64,000 nt of DNA from Octopus sinensis. Its lineage: Eukaryota. Under the pieces are notes generated by a model, which was given only the letters and a program-made list of their open reading frames with translations, was not told where the DNA came from and made no database searches. The stretch lies in NCBI RefSeq assembly GCF_006345805.1, contig NC_042997.1, positions 15,934,001 through 15,998,000 on the forward strand, in the 5' to 3' direction. The translations under genes and the position numbers were made by a program. Shown piece by piece: positions 42,151 through 53,372 of this stretch (the first letter of the stretch is position 1; each line of letters begins with the position of its first letter).

Positions 42151-42460
42151 TTTGTTTTTAAAGATAGTATTATATAACTAATAATTCTTAATTTAAAGCA
42201 AATGTTTGTTAGCATTTATATATATCTGTGTGTGTTTATAGCTATACAAATGGGGGAAATAAAAGCGAATGTTTGAAGATTTCTACTTACTTTCATCCGC
42301 GCTAGAATTGTTATCGTTGTAGAGTAAATGTATTGGAATTATTTTTGAAACTGAAAGATACTGTAGGAGTTACTTAGGAGCCTCAAGCTTAATGTATAAT
42401 TCTTTACAAATTGAATAGCTACATTCGAGACTCTATGCCTAAAAGCTAGTAATATAGTTA

Positions 42461-42503
42461 TAGGCGCAGGGTGGCTGTATTGTTAGTAGCTTGCTTACCA
42501 ACA

Positions 42504-42541
<38 letters not shown>

Positions 42542-42734
42542 CCCCCCCCCCAACATCGCTTGACAATCGATGCTGGTGCGTTTACGTCCCCGTAACTTAG
42601 CGGTTCGGCAAAACAGACCGATAGAATAATTACTAGGCTTACAAGGAATAAGTCCTGGGGTCGGTTTGCTTGACTAAAGCGGTGCTCCAGCATAGCCTCA
42701 GTCAAATAATTGAAACAAGTAAAAGAGTAAAGAG

Positions 42735-42785
<51 letters not shown>

Positions 42786-43175
42786 CACAGGAGTGGCTGT
42801 GTGTTAAGTAGCTTGTTTACCAACCACATGGTTCCGGTTTCAGTCCCACTGCGTGGCACCTTGGGCAGTGTCTTCTACTATAGCCTCGGGCGACCAAACC
42901 TTGTGAGTGGATTGGTAGACGGAGACTGAAAGAAGCCCCGTCGTATATATGGATATATGTATATGCGTGTGTGTGTTTGTGTGGTGTGTTTGTCCCCCTA
43001 TCATTGCTTGACAACCGATGCTGGTGTGTTTTGTCCCCGTTACTTAGCGGTTCGGCAAAGAGACCGATAGAATAAGTATTGGCTTACAAAAAGAATAAGT
43101 CCCGGGGTCGAGTTGCTCGATTAAAGGCGGTGCTCCAGCATGGCCGCAGTCAAATGACTGAAACAAGTAAAAGAG

Positions 43176-43176
<1 letters not shown>
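42461..43176 (+). mobile_element. Two adjacent family A SINEs (first internally deleted)
   Basis: Heads at ~42461 and ~42782 separated by (TA)n. Confidence 0.88.
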
Positions 43177-43254
<78 letters not shown>

Positions 43255-44033
43255 GAGAGAGAAGAGAGAGAGAGAGAGAGCTGTGTAACTGATTGTGTGT
43301 GTGGTGTGTGTTCATATCCATAGAAAATCTATCACCGATTGTCGAGACAAAGATAAAAGTGTTCTAAATGAAATGAAGTCTAGAGTTTCCCGCCAGTCTG
43401 TCGCTCCAGCATTATATCGTTGTCAATACGCTATTTAGGTGAAAACGAAGTAATTACTAACGCAGTCTTCGGCTTCATAGTAAAAGTTATCATTCTCGAC
43501 ATGCTAACGACGACTATTTCTCAATTTCGAACCATTCTTCTCTGAGAATGTTAATAATAGTCAGCTAACTGTGAATCTTTGAAGATTTCTTCTTACTTTT
43601 ATCCGCACTAGATGTAATATGGATTTTAATTAAATTGTTTTGTGAGATGAAACAGAGGCATTGTGATGTGTAAAGAAAAAGAAGAGTTATTTTAACATCG
43701 TACCAATATGAATTTTAGCAAAACAAACATTTCTTATGTTTGTTTATTGTTCTCCATTTTGATGTTCCTCGTACGTGTGAGTACACTCTTTATATAACCA
43801 ATAATCAAAAATAGGTGATTTTATATGCATGAAAAGAAATAAATGTTAAGTGAATAAAGAACTCTATACATGAGTAAGAGTTTTAAAGTTAATAAATTTT
43901 GACAGTGACTTCGAAATCTCTGTGTATCTTGGACATTACTGACAATGATTATATATATATATATGTGTGGTGTGTGGTGTGTATGTATGTATGTATGTAT
44001 GTATATATATATATATATATTATATATATAATA

Positions 44034-44071
<38 letters not shown>

Positions 44072-44287
44072 GAAAATAAAATAACTAAGTCTCTCTAAAA
44101 GAGACAGCGGCAGCGTTCCCGGAAAATAATAGTTATCGCCATACTAATATGGCATTCTTATAAAAATAAGAAAAAAGCGTCCGCTATTAGCTCCATGAGG
44201 CCATCGCCTTAAGTTAGCTATTGATACACAAACTGTATCCATATAACCTTCGAACAAGGGAGGTCAGTCGCCCACACTACTTGACCG

Positions 44288-44331
44288 GCTACAGAGACGC
44301 GTTTCGGGGTATTGCCCCTTTTCAATGCAGC
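44288..44331 (-). ncRNA. Hammerhead copy (left arm), 2-nt insertion at cleavage site
   Basis: Reverse complement of the 45198 motif. Confidence 0.65.
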
Positions 44332-44647
44332 GTCGCCAGCCAGTAGGTGTCGCTTCCGACAATCTCTGTTCGATGGTTTTATTTACCTAGTTTCGTGGAA
44401 TACATCCACTTGTTTTCAATAATAGAAATATTAAAATAACTAAGTCTCTCTAAAAGAGAACAGCGGCAGCGTTCCCGGAAAATAATAGTTATCGCCATAC
44501 TAATATGGTTCTTATAAAAATAAGAAAAAAGCTGTCCGCTTATTAGCTCCATGAGGCCATCGCCTTAAGTTAGCTATTGATACACAAACTGTATCCATAT
44601 AACCTTCGAACAAGGGAGGTCAGTCGCTCCCACTTACTTGACCGGCA

Positions 44648-44687
44648 GCTACAGACGCGTTTCGGTATTGCCCCTTTTCAATGCAGC
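44648..44687 (-). ncRNA. Hammerhead copy (left arm), 2-nt deletion in stem II
   Basis: Reverse complement of the 45198 motif. Confidence 0.65.
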
Positions 44688-45197
44688 GTAGCCAGCCAGT
44701 AGGTGTCGCTTCCGACAATCTCTGTTCGATGGTTTTATTTACCTAGTTTCAGTGGAATACATCCACTTGTTTTAATAATAGAAATATTAAAATAACTAAG
44801 TCTCTCTAAAAGAGAACAGCGGCAGCGTTCCCGAAAATAATAGTTATCGCCATACTAATATGGCATTCTTAAAAAATAATAAAAAAGCTGTCCGCTTATT
44901 AGCTCCATGAGGCCATCGCCTTAAGTTAGCTATTTGATACACAAACATATTCTTATAATGTTTTCAGCATCAGAAAACAATGAACGGTAACTGGAGAAAG
45001 CACTCAATGTATAGTGTAGCGTCAAATATTTATATCCGGGGAAAACGTGAGTTGGCTGTTACTTGAAAGATTCGCTGAATCAGGCAGTAAGCTGATATAC
45101 AAATATATTTGAAAACAAGTGGATGTATTCCACTGAAACTAGGTAAATAAAACCATCGAACAGAGATTGTCGGAAGCGACACCTACTGGCTGGCTAC

Positions 45198-45239
45198 GCT
45201 GCATTGAAAAGGGGCAATACCCCGAAACGCGTCTGTAGC
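45198..45239 (+). ncRNA. Minimal type I hammerhead ribozyme, U3-A8 core variant
   Basis: GCTGCA-TTGAAAA-GGGG caata CCCC-GAAA-CGCG-TC-TGTAGC: stem I, core, stem II, palindromic stem III, GUC site. Confidence 0.85.
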
Positions 45240-45554
45240 TGCCGGTCAAGTAGTGTGGAGCGACTGACCTCCCTTGTTCGAAGGTTATATGGATACAGTT
45301 TGTGTATCAAATAGCTAACTTAAGGCGATGGCCTCATGGAGCTAATAAGCGACAGCTTTTTTCTTATTTTTATAAGAATGCCATATTAGTATGGCGATAA
45401 CTATTATTTTCCGGGAACGCTGCCGCTGTTCTCTTTTAGAGAGACTTAGTTATTTTAATATTTCTATTATTGAAAACAAGTGGATGTATTCCACTGAACT
45501 AGGTAAATAAAACCATCGAACAGATTGTCGGAAGCGACACTACTGGCTGGCTAC

Positions 45555-45595
45555 GCTGCATTGAAAAGGGGCAATACCCCGAACGCGTCTGTAGC
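45555..45595 (+). ncRNA. Hammerhead copy, one A missing from GAAA
   Basis: Same motif with CCCC-GAA-CGCGTC; possible sequencing indel. Confidence 0.65.
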
Positions 45596-45911
45596 TGCCG
45601 GTCAAGTAGTGTGGAGCGACTGACCTCCCTTGTTCGAAGGTTATATGGATACAGTTTGTGTATCAAATAGCTAACTTAAGGCGATGGCCTCATGGAGCTA
45701 ATAAGCGGACAGCTTTTTTCTTATTTTTATAAGAATGCCATATTAGTATGGCGATAACTATTATTTTCCGGGAACGCGGCCGCTGTTCTCTTTAGAAGAG
45801 ACTTAGTTATTTTAATATTTCTATTATTGAAACAAGGGATGTATTCCATGAAACTAGGTAAATAAACCCATCGAACAGAGATTGTCGGAAGCGACACCTA
45901 CTGCTGGCTAC

Positions 45912-45953
45912 GCTGCATTGAAAAGGGGCAATACCCCGAAACGCGTCTGTAGC
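45912..45953 (+). ncRNA. Minimal type I hammerhead ribozyme, U3-A8 variant (intact copy)
   Basis: Identical motif to 45198-45239. Confidence 0.85.
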
Positions 45954-46119
45954 TGCCGGTCAGTAGTGTGGAGCGACTGACCTCCCTTGTTCGAAATTAT
46001 ATGGATACAGTTTGTGTATCAAATAGCTAACTTAAGGCGATGCCTCATGGAGCTATAAGCGGACAGCTTTTTTCTTATTTTTATAAGAATGCCATATTAG
46101 TATGGCGATACTATTATTT

Positions 46120-46192
<73 letters not shown>

Positions 46193-46272
46193 ATTCACAA
46201 AACAAAACACGAAGACAGGTGGTATAGACAACAAACGGATGTATTAGTTTAACGCTCGGAAGGTGAAAAACT

Positions 46273-46308
46273 CTTTAACGTTTCGAGCCTACGCTCTTCC
46301 ACAGAAAG
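46273..46308 (-). ncRNA. Hammerhead-like motif, CUGUNGA core (copy 1; element ~46191-46372)
   Basis: rc: CTTT-CTGTGGA-A-GAGC gtag GCTC-GAAA-CG-TT-AAAG. Confidence 0.5.
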
Positions 46309-46958
46309 GAACAGAGAAAGAAACAAGGAGAGAAAATAAAGAATGTTTAGTGGCTAGCGATCTATTATGGCGAATATATATATATATAATATTGCGAAGA
46401 TGATCCGGTTCCTGACTGATGATTGAGGGCTTCGAATGTCCCGTCCGTGTTTTTTGTGTCGTCTTCTAAATGTTTCACGTTCTTGTCCCAGTTTGTATAT
46501 ATTTTTATTTTTTTACTTTTACATATATGTATATATATATATCTCTGCTTGTCTGTCTGTCTGTCCGTCTCTCTCTCTCTCCCCCTCTCCGTCTCCTCTT
46601 TACTTACCACCCGCTTCCTGCCCTGCTTTCTAAATCATTCCTGGACCCTTTTCCCCCCACGCAACATTTACCACCCTCCATGCACGCACACACGCGCACA
46701 CAAGCTAGTGCGCGTACACGAACACACCCACACATTAATACATCAAATCCTGACAATGTTTCCTACTTGCATATATCGTTCCACTTTATCATCATCACCA
46801 TGATGCATAACTCACATACACACCTAGGTACACACAGATGCGCAAAGATATAAGGAAGTACACGATACTATATAGGCAAACAGACACACATACACATATA
46901 TACATGTGTCTATACAATCATATAATATATATATATGTGTGCGTTATAAATAATAACG

Positions 46959-47270
46959 TCGCCCTTTTCAAGCCTAGCCAGGCTCATGGGCCCGGTTTCC
47001 CGGTTTCTGTGGCATATGTATTCCCCCCAGCCGGACGGGACGCCAGTCCATCGCAGCATTACTCACGAAAAAGGAAGAGAGAGTGAGAGAAAGTTGTAGC
47101 GAAACAGTACAACAGGGGTCGCCACTAACCCCTGCTGGAGCCTCGTGGAGCTTTTAGGTGCTTTCGCTCAATAAACACACACAACGCCCGGTCTGGGAAT
47201 CGAAACCGCGATCCTCCGACCGCGAGTCCGCTGCCCTAACCATTGGGCCATTGCGCCATTGCGCATCCAC
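46959..47270 (-). mobile_element. SINE group C (head 1 + tail 2)
   Basis: As 37711-37993, with a complete tRNA-like head. Confidence 0.88.
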
Positions 47271-47444
47271 TATAAATATATAATAGACGTGTTATGAATA
47301 AGCACAGTAATAAAAGAGTGAAGAGCGAATATATAGTGCGTGTATTTATTTGGTAAAAAAAAAGAAGGAAAATGACCGTCCCGAAATACAATATATGCTG
47401 CGGTCATGCTAGAGCACCATATATAGAGATGCAGCACGGAATTT

Positions 47445-47491
47445 TGTCAGTGAACAGGTCGCGGTCTCAAAGCGACGAAAATATTTTGGCA
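47445..47491 (+). ncRNA. Hammerhead-like motif, G3-C8 core variant
   Basis: TGTCA-GTGAACA-g-GTCGC ggtctcaaa GCGAC-GAAA-ATAT-TT-TGGCA. Confidence 0.55.
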
Positions 47492-47732
47492 TAGATGTTG
47501 AAGTGAATCTAACGGTTTTTGTGTGTTTCTTAAATGGTTTATAAACACCTTCCACGCTGCAACTGTTTTCATTCCAGCACACGATCTCAGATCAATTCAC
47601 TTGCTATGCAAGTACATCTCCGTAATATATATATATATACGAAAAATATATAGGGTAGCGAGATTTTTAGAAATTTCACTACCAGTGACCTAGCATGTAT
47701 AAAAAAAAAATTCAATAGACAACATATTCTCA

Positions 47733-47865
47733 ATATAAAACAGTGTACATTTAAACACACGAGAAACTACCTTTAACAGGTATTTTGGTCGTTTTGATTG
47801 CTTCTTCTAGCGTGTGAAGCTGCCTGTTAAAGGTAGCTTCACTTGTGTTTAAATGTACACTATTT

Positions 47866-47870
<5 letters not shown>
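47733..47870. repeat. Inverted repeat, 48-bp arms, 42-bp spacer
   Basis: 47733-47780 vs 47823-47870; part of an insert in (TA)n. Confidence 0.85.
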
Positions 47871-47943
<73 letters not shown>

Positions 47944-48031
47944 GGGAGAGTTTACGAAAAAAAAAAGAGAAAGGCAGGTGGTGCACAAAACGAACAGATG
48001 TATTAGTATAACGCTCAGGAATAGAAAAAGT

Positions 48032-48067
48032 CTTTTACCTTTCGAGCCTACGCTCTTCTACAGAAAG
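48032..48067 (-). ncRNA. Hammerhead-like motif, CUGUNGA core (copy 2; element ~47943-48088)
   Basis: rc: CTTT-CTGTAGA-A-GAGC gtag GCTC-GAAA-GG-TA-AAAG. Confidence 0.45.
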
Positions 48068-48120
48068 GGACACAGAAAAAAACAAGGATATATATATATA
48101 TATATAATATATATATATAT

Positions 48121-48306
48121 AATAGAAATATTAAAATAACTAAGTCTCTCAAGTAGTGTGGAGCGACTGACCTCCCTTGTTCGAAGGTTATATGGATACA
48201 GTTTGTGTATCAAATAGCTAACTTAAGGCGATGGCCTCATGGAGCTAATAAGCGGACGGCTTTTTTCTTATTTTTATAAGAATGCCATATTAGTATGGCG
48301 ATAACT
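48121..48306. mobile_element. Short rearranged copy of the 360-bp unit
   Basis: Same left terminus (aatagaaatattaaaataactaagtctc) joined to an inverted segment of the unit, ending near the same right terminus; within (TA)n; hammerhead absent. Confidence 0.8.
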
Positions 48307-48327
48307 ATATATATATATATTATATAT

Positions 48328-48370
<43 letters not shown>

Positions 48371-48465
48371 CGGGAAGCTTTATGAAAATAACAAAAGATG
48401 AAGGCTGGTGGAATACAAACAAACAATTGTATTAGTATGGCGCTCAGGAATATAAATAAAACAAG

Positions 48466-48503
48466 TCTTTTACGTTTCGAGCCTACGCTCTTCAACAGAA
48501 AGA
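48466..48503 (-). ncRNA. Hammerhead-like motif, CUGUNGA core (copy 3; element ~48370-48530)
   Basis: rc: TCTTT-CTGTTGA-A-GAGC gtag GCTC-GAAA-CG-TA-AAAGA. Confidence 0.5.
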
Positions 48504-48544
48504 TACACAGAAAAGAAACATGGAAAGAAACATATATATATATA

Positions 48545-48709
48545 TAGGCATAGGAGTGGTGGGTGTGGTAAGAAGCTTGCTTACCAGCCACATGGTTCCA
48601 GGTTCAGTCCAACTGCGTGGCACCTTGGGCAAGTGTTTTCTTCTGTAGCCACGGGTCGACCAAAGCTTTGTGAGTGGATTTGGTAGATGGAAACTGAAAG
48701 AATTCCTTC

Positions 48710-48803
<94 letters not shown>

Positions 48804-48975
48804 CAACCGATGCTGGTGTGTTTACGTCCCCGTAATTTAGCGGTTCGGTAAAAGAGACCGATAGAATAAGTACTAGGCTTACAAAGAATAAGTTTTGGGG
48901 TCGATTTGTTCGACTAAAGGCGGTGCTCAGCATGGCCGTAGTCAAATGACTGAAACAAGTAATAGAATAAAAGAA
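48545..48975 (+). mobile_element. SINE family A
   Basis: Matches the family. Confidence 0.88.
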
Positions 48976-49168
48976 AAAATAAATATATATATATAAAACA
49001 CTGGCGGAGCCCCAGCTTGACCGCAGCCTCAGGGCTGAAACATATAAAAGAATATATATATATATATATTCTTTTATCTTTTTATTTATTTCAGCCATGC
49101 TGCTGCAGTCATGCTGGAGCACCATTTATGGTGATGGTAGTGGCGATAGTGGTGGTGATGGTGGTAGT

Positions 49169-49404
49169 AAGGCGGCGAGCTGGCAGAAACGTTAGCACGC
49201 CGGGCGAAATACTTAGCGGTGTTTCGTCTGCCGTTACGTTCTGAGTTCAAATTCCGCCGAGGTCGACTTTGCCTTTCATCCTTTCGGGGTCGATTAAATT
49301 AAGTACCAGTTTCGCACTGAGGTCGATGTAATCGACTTAATACCTATGTCTGTCCTTGTTTGTTCCCTCTGTGTTTAGCCCCTTGTGGGTAGTAAAGAAA
49401 TAGG
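49169..49404 (+). mobile_element. SINE family B full copy
   Basis: aaggcggcgagctggcagaaacgttag head to aaagaaatag tail. Confidence 0.9.
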
Positions 49405-50993
49405 TAGTGGTGGTGATGGTGATGATGATGGTGATGAAGATGTTGATGATGATGGTGATGATAGTGATGAAGACGATGATGATGATGATGATGATGATGA
49501 TTAGGAGGGATGGGGGCGACGACGGTGGCGATTAGTGGTGGTAGTGGTGACAATGAATATATTATTCGCACATACACACACAAACACACACATGCATATA
49601 CTTTCAGAGACGATATAAATATACACCCTCCATACATACATACATACATGCACGTATTTATATATATACGTGTGTGCTTCTATTTATGTATACGAATGCG
49701 GCCAAAAGTATGCGTATAGGGATGGAAAGATTGTGTTAGGTGTTGGTGCTTAGCATGTATTGGATGTGTTAGTGTGCGTAGAAGGGGGTGAGGATGAGGA
49801 AGGACGTAGAAAAGCAGATGGGTGGAGAATTGTGAAGAGAAAGAGTTGGAGAATGAGAGAGAGAGAGAGGGGGAGGGGCAATAGCGGGAGGTTAACTTTA
49901 TGTTATTTCTCTCTCTCACTCTCTCTCTCTCACTCACTCTCGGGACATCTCCGCCTTCTACTCCTGTCTCTCCTTCTCCCATTCCCCTCTTTCTCGCCTC
50001 GCCACTTCACACACACACACACACATACACACACACACACACACACACCATCATCTACCTCCTCTGCATCCCGATCTCCACGACTGTCGTCGACAGGAAC
50101 TTTTCTTGTGTCTTTTTTTTACTTCTTTTCTATCTTTTTGTTCCTCCCACTCCTCACCCCCCTTCACGCACCCTGCACAATCACCAGCGAGACGTCGCCG
50201 ATATCGTCGGCATCGTCATCATCATCATCAGCAGCAGCAGCAGCATCATCATCGTCGTCGTCGTCGTCATCATTGCCACTACTACAATTGCCCCTCCCTC
50301 TATCCCTCCCTCCCTCCCTCCCTCCCTCCCCATTATCATCATCATCATCATCGTCATCATTATTACCACTACCACAATTGCCCCTCCCTCCCCATTATCA
50401 TCATCATCATCATCGTCATCATTATTACCACTACCGCCATTGCCCCTCCCTCTCAATCATCATCGTCGCCATCATCTAGAACACTACTATTGTCATCCGT
50501 CTCCCTTGTCCTATTTACCATAATCAAACATCATAATTTCCAAATAATTAAATAAATAAATGCATAAAAAAATATCGCATATTCAGAGAATGAACAACAC
50601 CCATGACCGTTTTTAGACTGGTGGGAGGAAGGGGAGAAGATATCCTCAAACCGGAGACTCTGCTAAAGACACCCAAGGACCGGGTGGTGTGTGGTGGTGT
50701 TACACCAAGAGATGGATTAAGCTTATCTTTCAAGAAGTGTGCTAGTCTCTCAAATGAGCTTCCGTAATAGGTCTTGTTAAGCAAATTTTACAACTTTGAT
50801 CGTCTTGAAGTGTTTTAGTAGAAAGCACCTGCCGAAGGTTCCACGCAGTGGGCTGGAACCCGAAACCACGTAGTTGCACCATTAGGCAAAATAAGCATGA
50901 GCTTAGGACATCAAAAGAAGGTAGTAAGGTGGGGAGGACCACAGAAATAGTAAATGATTTACGGCACAAAAGAAATAACTTTAAACTTGCAAA

Positions 50994-51314
50994 AATAATA
51001 TTGAAAGTATGATCAACCCGCCGAGGTCGACTTTGCCTTTCATCCTTTCGGGGTCGATAAATTAAGTACCAGTTGCGTACTGGGATCGCTCTAATCGACT
51101 GGCCCTTATCACCAAAATTTCGGGACTTGTACCTAGAGTAGAAAATAATATTGAAAGTATGATCAACCCGCCGAGGTCGACTTTGCCTTTCATCCTTTCG
51201 GGGTCGATAAATTGAGTACCAGTTGCGTACTGGGATCGCTCTAATCGACTGGCCCTTACCACCAAAATTTCGGGACTTGTACCTAGAGTAGAAAAGAATA
51301 TTGAAAGTATGATC
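50994..51314 (+). repeat. 150-bp tandem duplication of a truncated family B SINE
   Basis: ttgaaagtatgatc at 51001, 51151, 51301. Confidence 0.9.
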
Positions 51315-51381
51315 GGAAATATATATTATTTCCCATTTTACTATTTGTTTTGTTTCATCTTGAAAAGTAAAAATTTATTTA

Positions 51382-51554
51382 TAGGCGCAGGAGTGGCTGT
51401 GTGGTAAGTAGCTTGCTAACCAACCACATGGTTCTGGGTTCATTCCCACTGCGTGGCATCTTGGGCAAGTGTCTTCTGTTATAGCCTTAGGTCAACCAAA
51501 ACCTTGTGAGTGGATTTGGCAGACGGAAACTGAAAGAAGCCTGTCGTATATATG

Positions 51555-51593
<39 letters not shown>

Positions 51594-51808
51594 TTGTGTG
51601 TCTGTGTTTGTCCCCCTAGCATTGCTTGACAACCGATGCTGGTGTGTCTACGTCCCCGTCACTTAGCGGTTCGGCAAAAGAGACCGATAGAATAAGTACT
51701 GGGCTTACAAAGAATAAGTTCCGGGGTCGATTTGATCGACTAAAGGCGGTGCTCCAGCATGGCCGCAGTCAAATGACTGAAACAAGTAAAAAAGTAAAAG
51801 AGTAAGAG
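51382..51808 (+). mobile_element. SINE family A full length
   Basis: Matches the family. Confidence 0.92.
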
Positions 51809-52172
51809 GTTTATTATTATTATGTATATTTGGAATTGCATATATATGGGGGGGGGTACCAAAACCTAGTAAGTGCTTAGATTCTCTATAGGTCTTTACC
51901 CGACCCTTAGTTGCCACTTGCGCCCGTTTTGCAGTATTAGACCGTATTTTGTTAATCCGGCTGATGGGCGCCTTTTCTTTCCATCCTTTCGGAATCGATA
52001 AATTAAAGTAGGAATCCAGAACTGGAGTTGATGTAACCAACTAACGCCTCCTCTGTAAATTGTTGGTCTTGTGCCTAGATTGAAGACAATTATCATAACA
52101 CCCTTCATTCGCAAACGACCACCCCACTATCACAATCTCATACACACAGAGCCGGGTAGATATACATATCAG

Positions 52173-53372
52173 TAATCCTTTCTACTATAGGCACAAGGCC
52201 TGAAATTTGGGGGAGGGGGCTAGTCGATTAGATCGACCTCAGTGTATTACTGGTACTTATTTTATCGACCCGGAAAGGATGAAATGGAAAGTCGACCTCG
52301 GCGGAATATGAACTCAGAACTTAAAGAGAGACGAAATACCTATTTCTATTTCTTTACTACCCACAAGGGGCTAATGACAGAGAGGACAAACAAGGACAAA
52401 CGGATTAAGTCGATTATATCGACCCCGGTGCGTAACTAGTACTTACTTTATCGACCCCGAAAAGATGAAAAGTAAAGTCGACCTCGGCAGAATTTGAACT
52501 CAGAACGTAGCGACGGGCGAAATACCTATTTCTTTACTACCCACAAAGGGTTAAACACAGAGAGGATAAACAAGGACAGACAAACGGATTAAGTCGATTA
52601 TATCGACCCCAGTGCGTAACTAGCACTTAGTTAATCGACCCCGAAAGGATGAAAGGCAAAGTCGACCGCGGCGGAATTTGAACTCAGACGAAATACCTAT
52701 TTCTTTACTACCCACAAGGGGCTAAACACAGAGAGGACAAACAAGGACAGACAAACGGATTAAGTCGATTACATTGACCCCCAGTGCGTAACTGGTACTT
52801 ATTTTATCGACCCCGAAAGGATGAAAGGCAAAGTCGACCTCGGCGGAATTTGAACTCAGAACGTAACGGCAGACGAAATACCTCAAAGCATTTCGCCCGG
52901 CGTGCTAACGTTTCTGCCAGCTCGCCGCCTTAGATATGCAAATCAGTAATCCTTTCTACTCTAGGCACAAGGGCCGAAATTTGTGGGGAGGGGGCCAGTC
53001 AGTTAGATCGATCCCAGTACACAAGTGATAGTTAATTTATCGGCCCCGAAAGGATGAAAGGCAAAGTCGACCTCGGCGGAATTTGAACGCAGAACATAAA
53101 GACAGACGAAATACTGCTATGCATTTCGCCAGGCACGCTAACGTTTCTTATTTCTTTATTGCCCACAAAGAGCTAAACATAGAGGGGACAAACAAGGATA
53201 GATTAAGGGATTAAATCGATTACATCGACTCCAGTGCGTAACTGGCACTTAATTTATCGATCACGAAAGGATGAAAGGCAAAGTCGACCTCGGCGGAATT
53301 TGAACTCAGAACTTAAAGAGAGACAAAATACCTATTTCTTTACTACTAACGTTTCTGCCAGCTCGCCGCCTT
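52173..53372 (-). mobile_element. SINE family B multimers (a tetramer and a dimer)
   Basis: Six gtcgacc(t/g)cggc(g/a)gaa units; heads at ~52931 and ~53372. Confidence 0.88.

Larger units (their letters stand above)
44068..46120. mobile_element. Inverted array of ~360-bp hammerhead-containing tandem units (Penelope pLTR / non-LTR retrozyme-like)
   Basis: Left arm 44068-44946 (~2.5 units) and right arm 45109-46120 (~2.8 units) are reverse complements around a unique 162-bp spacer; right-arm unit starts ~45110, 45471, 45828; both ends lie in (TA)n; each full unit has a hammerhead motif. Confidence 0.88.

Noticed and set aside
46395-46445. CTGATGA...GAATGTC as a hammerhead
   Set aside because: Stems I and II do not pair and GAAA is incomplete
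49760-50555. Three overlapping ORFs of 149-239 aa
   Set aside because: Open in all frames because of (CAT)n, (CT)n and (CA)n repeats
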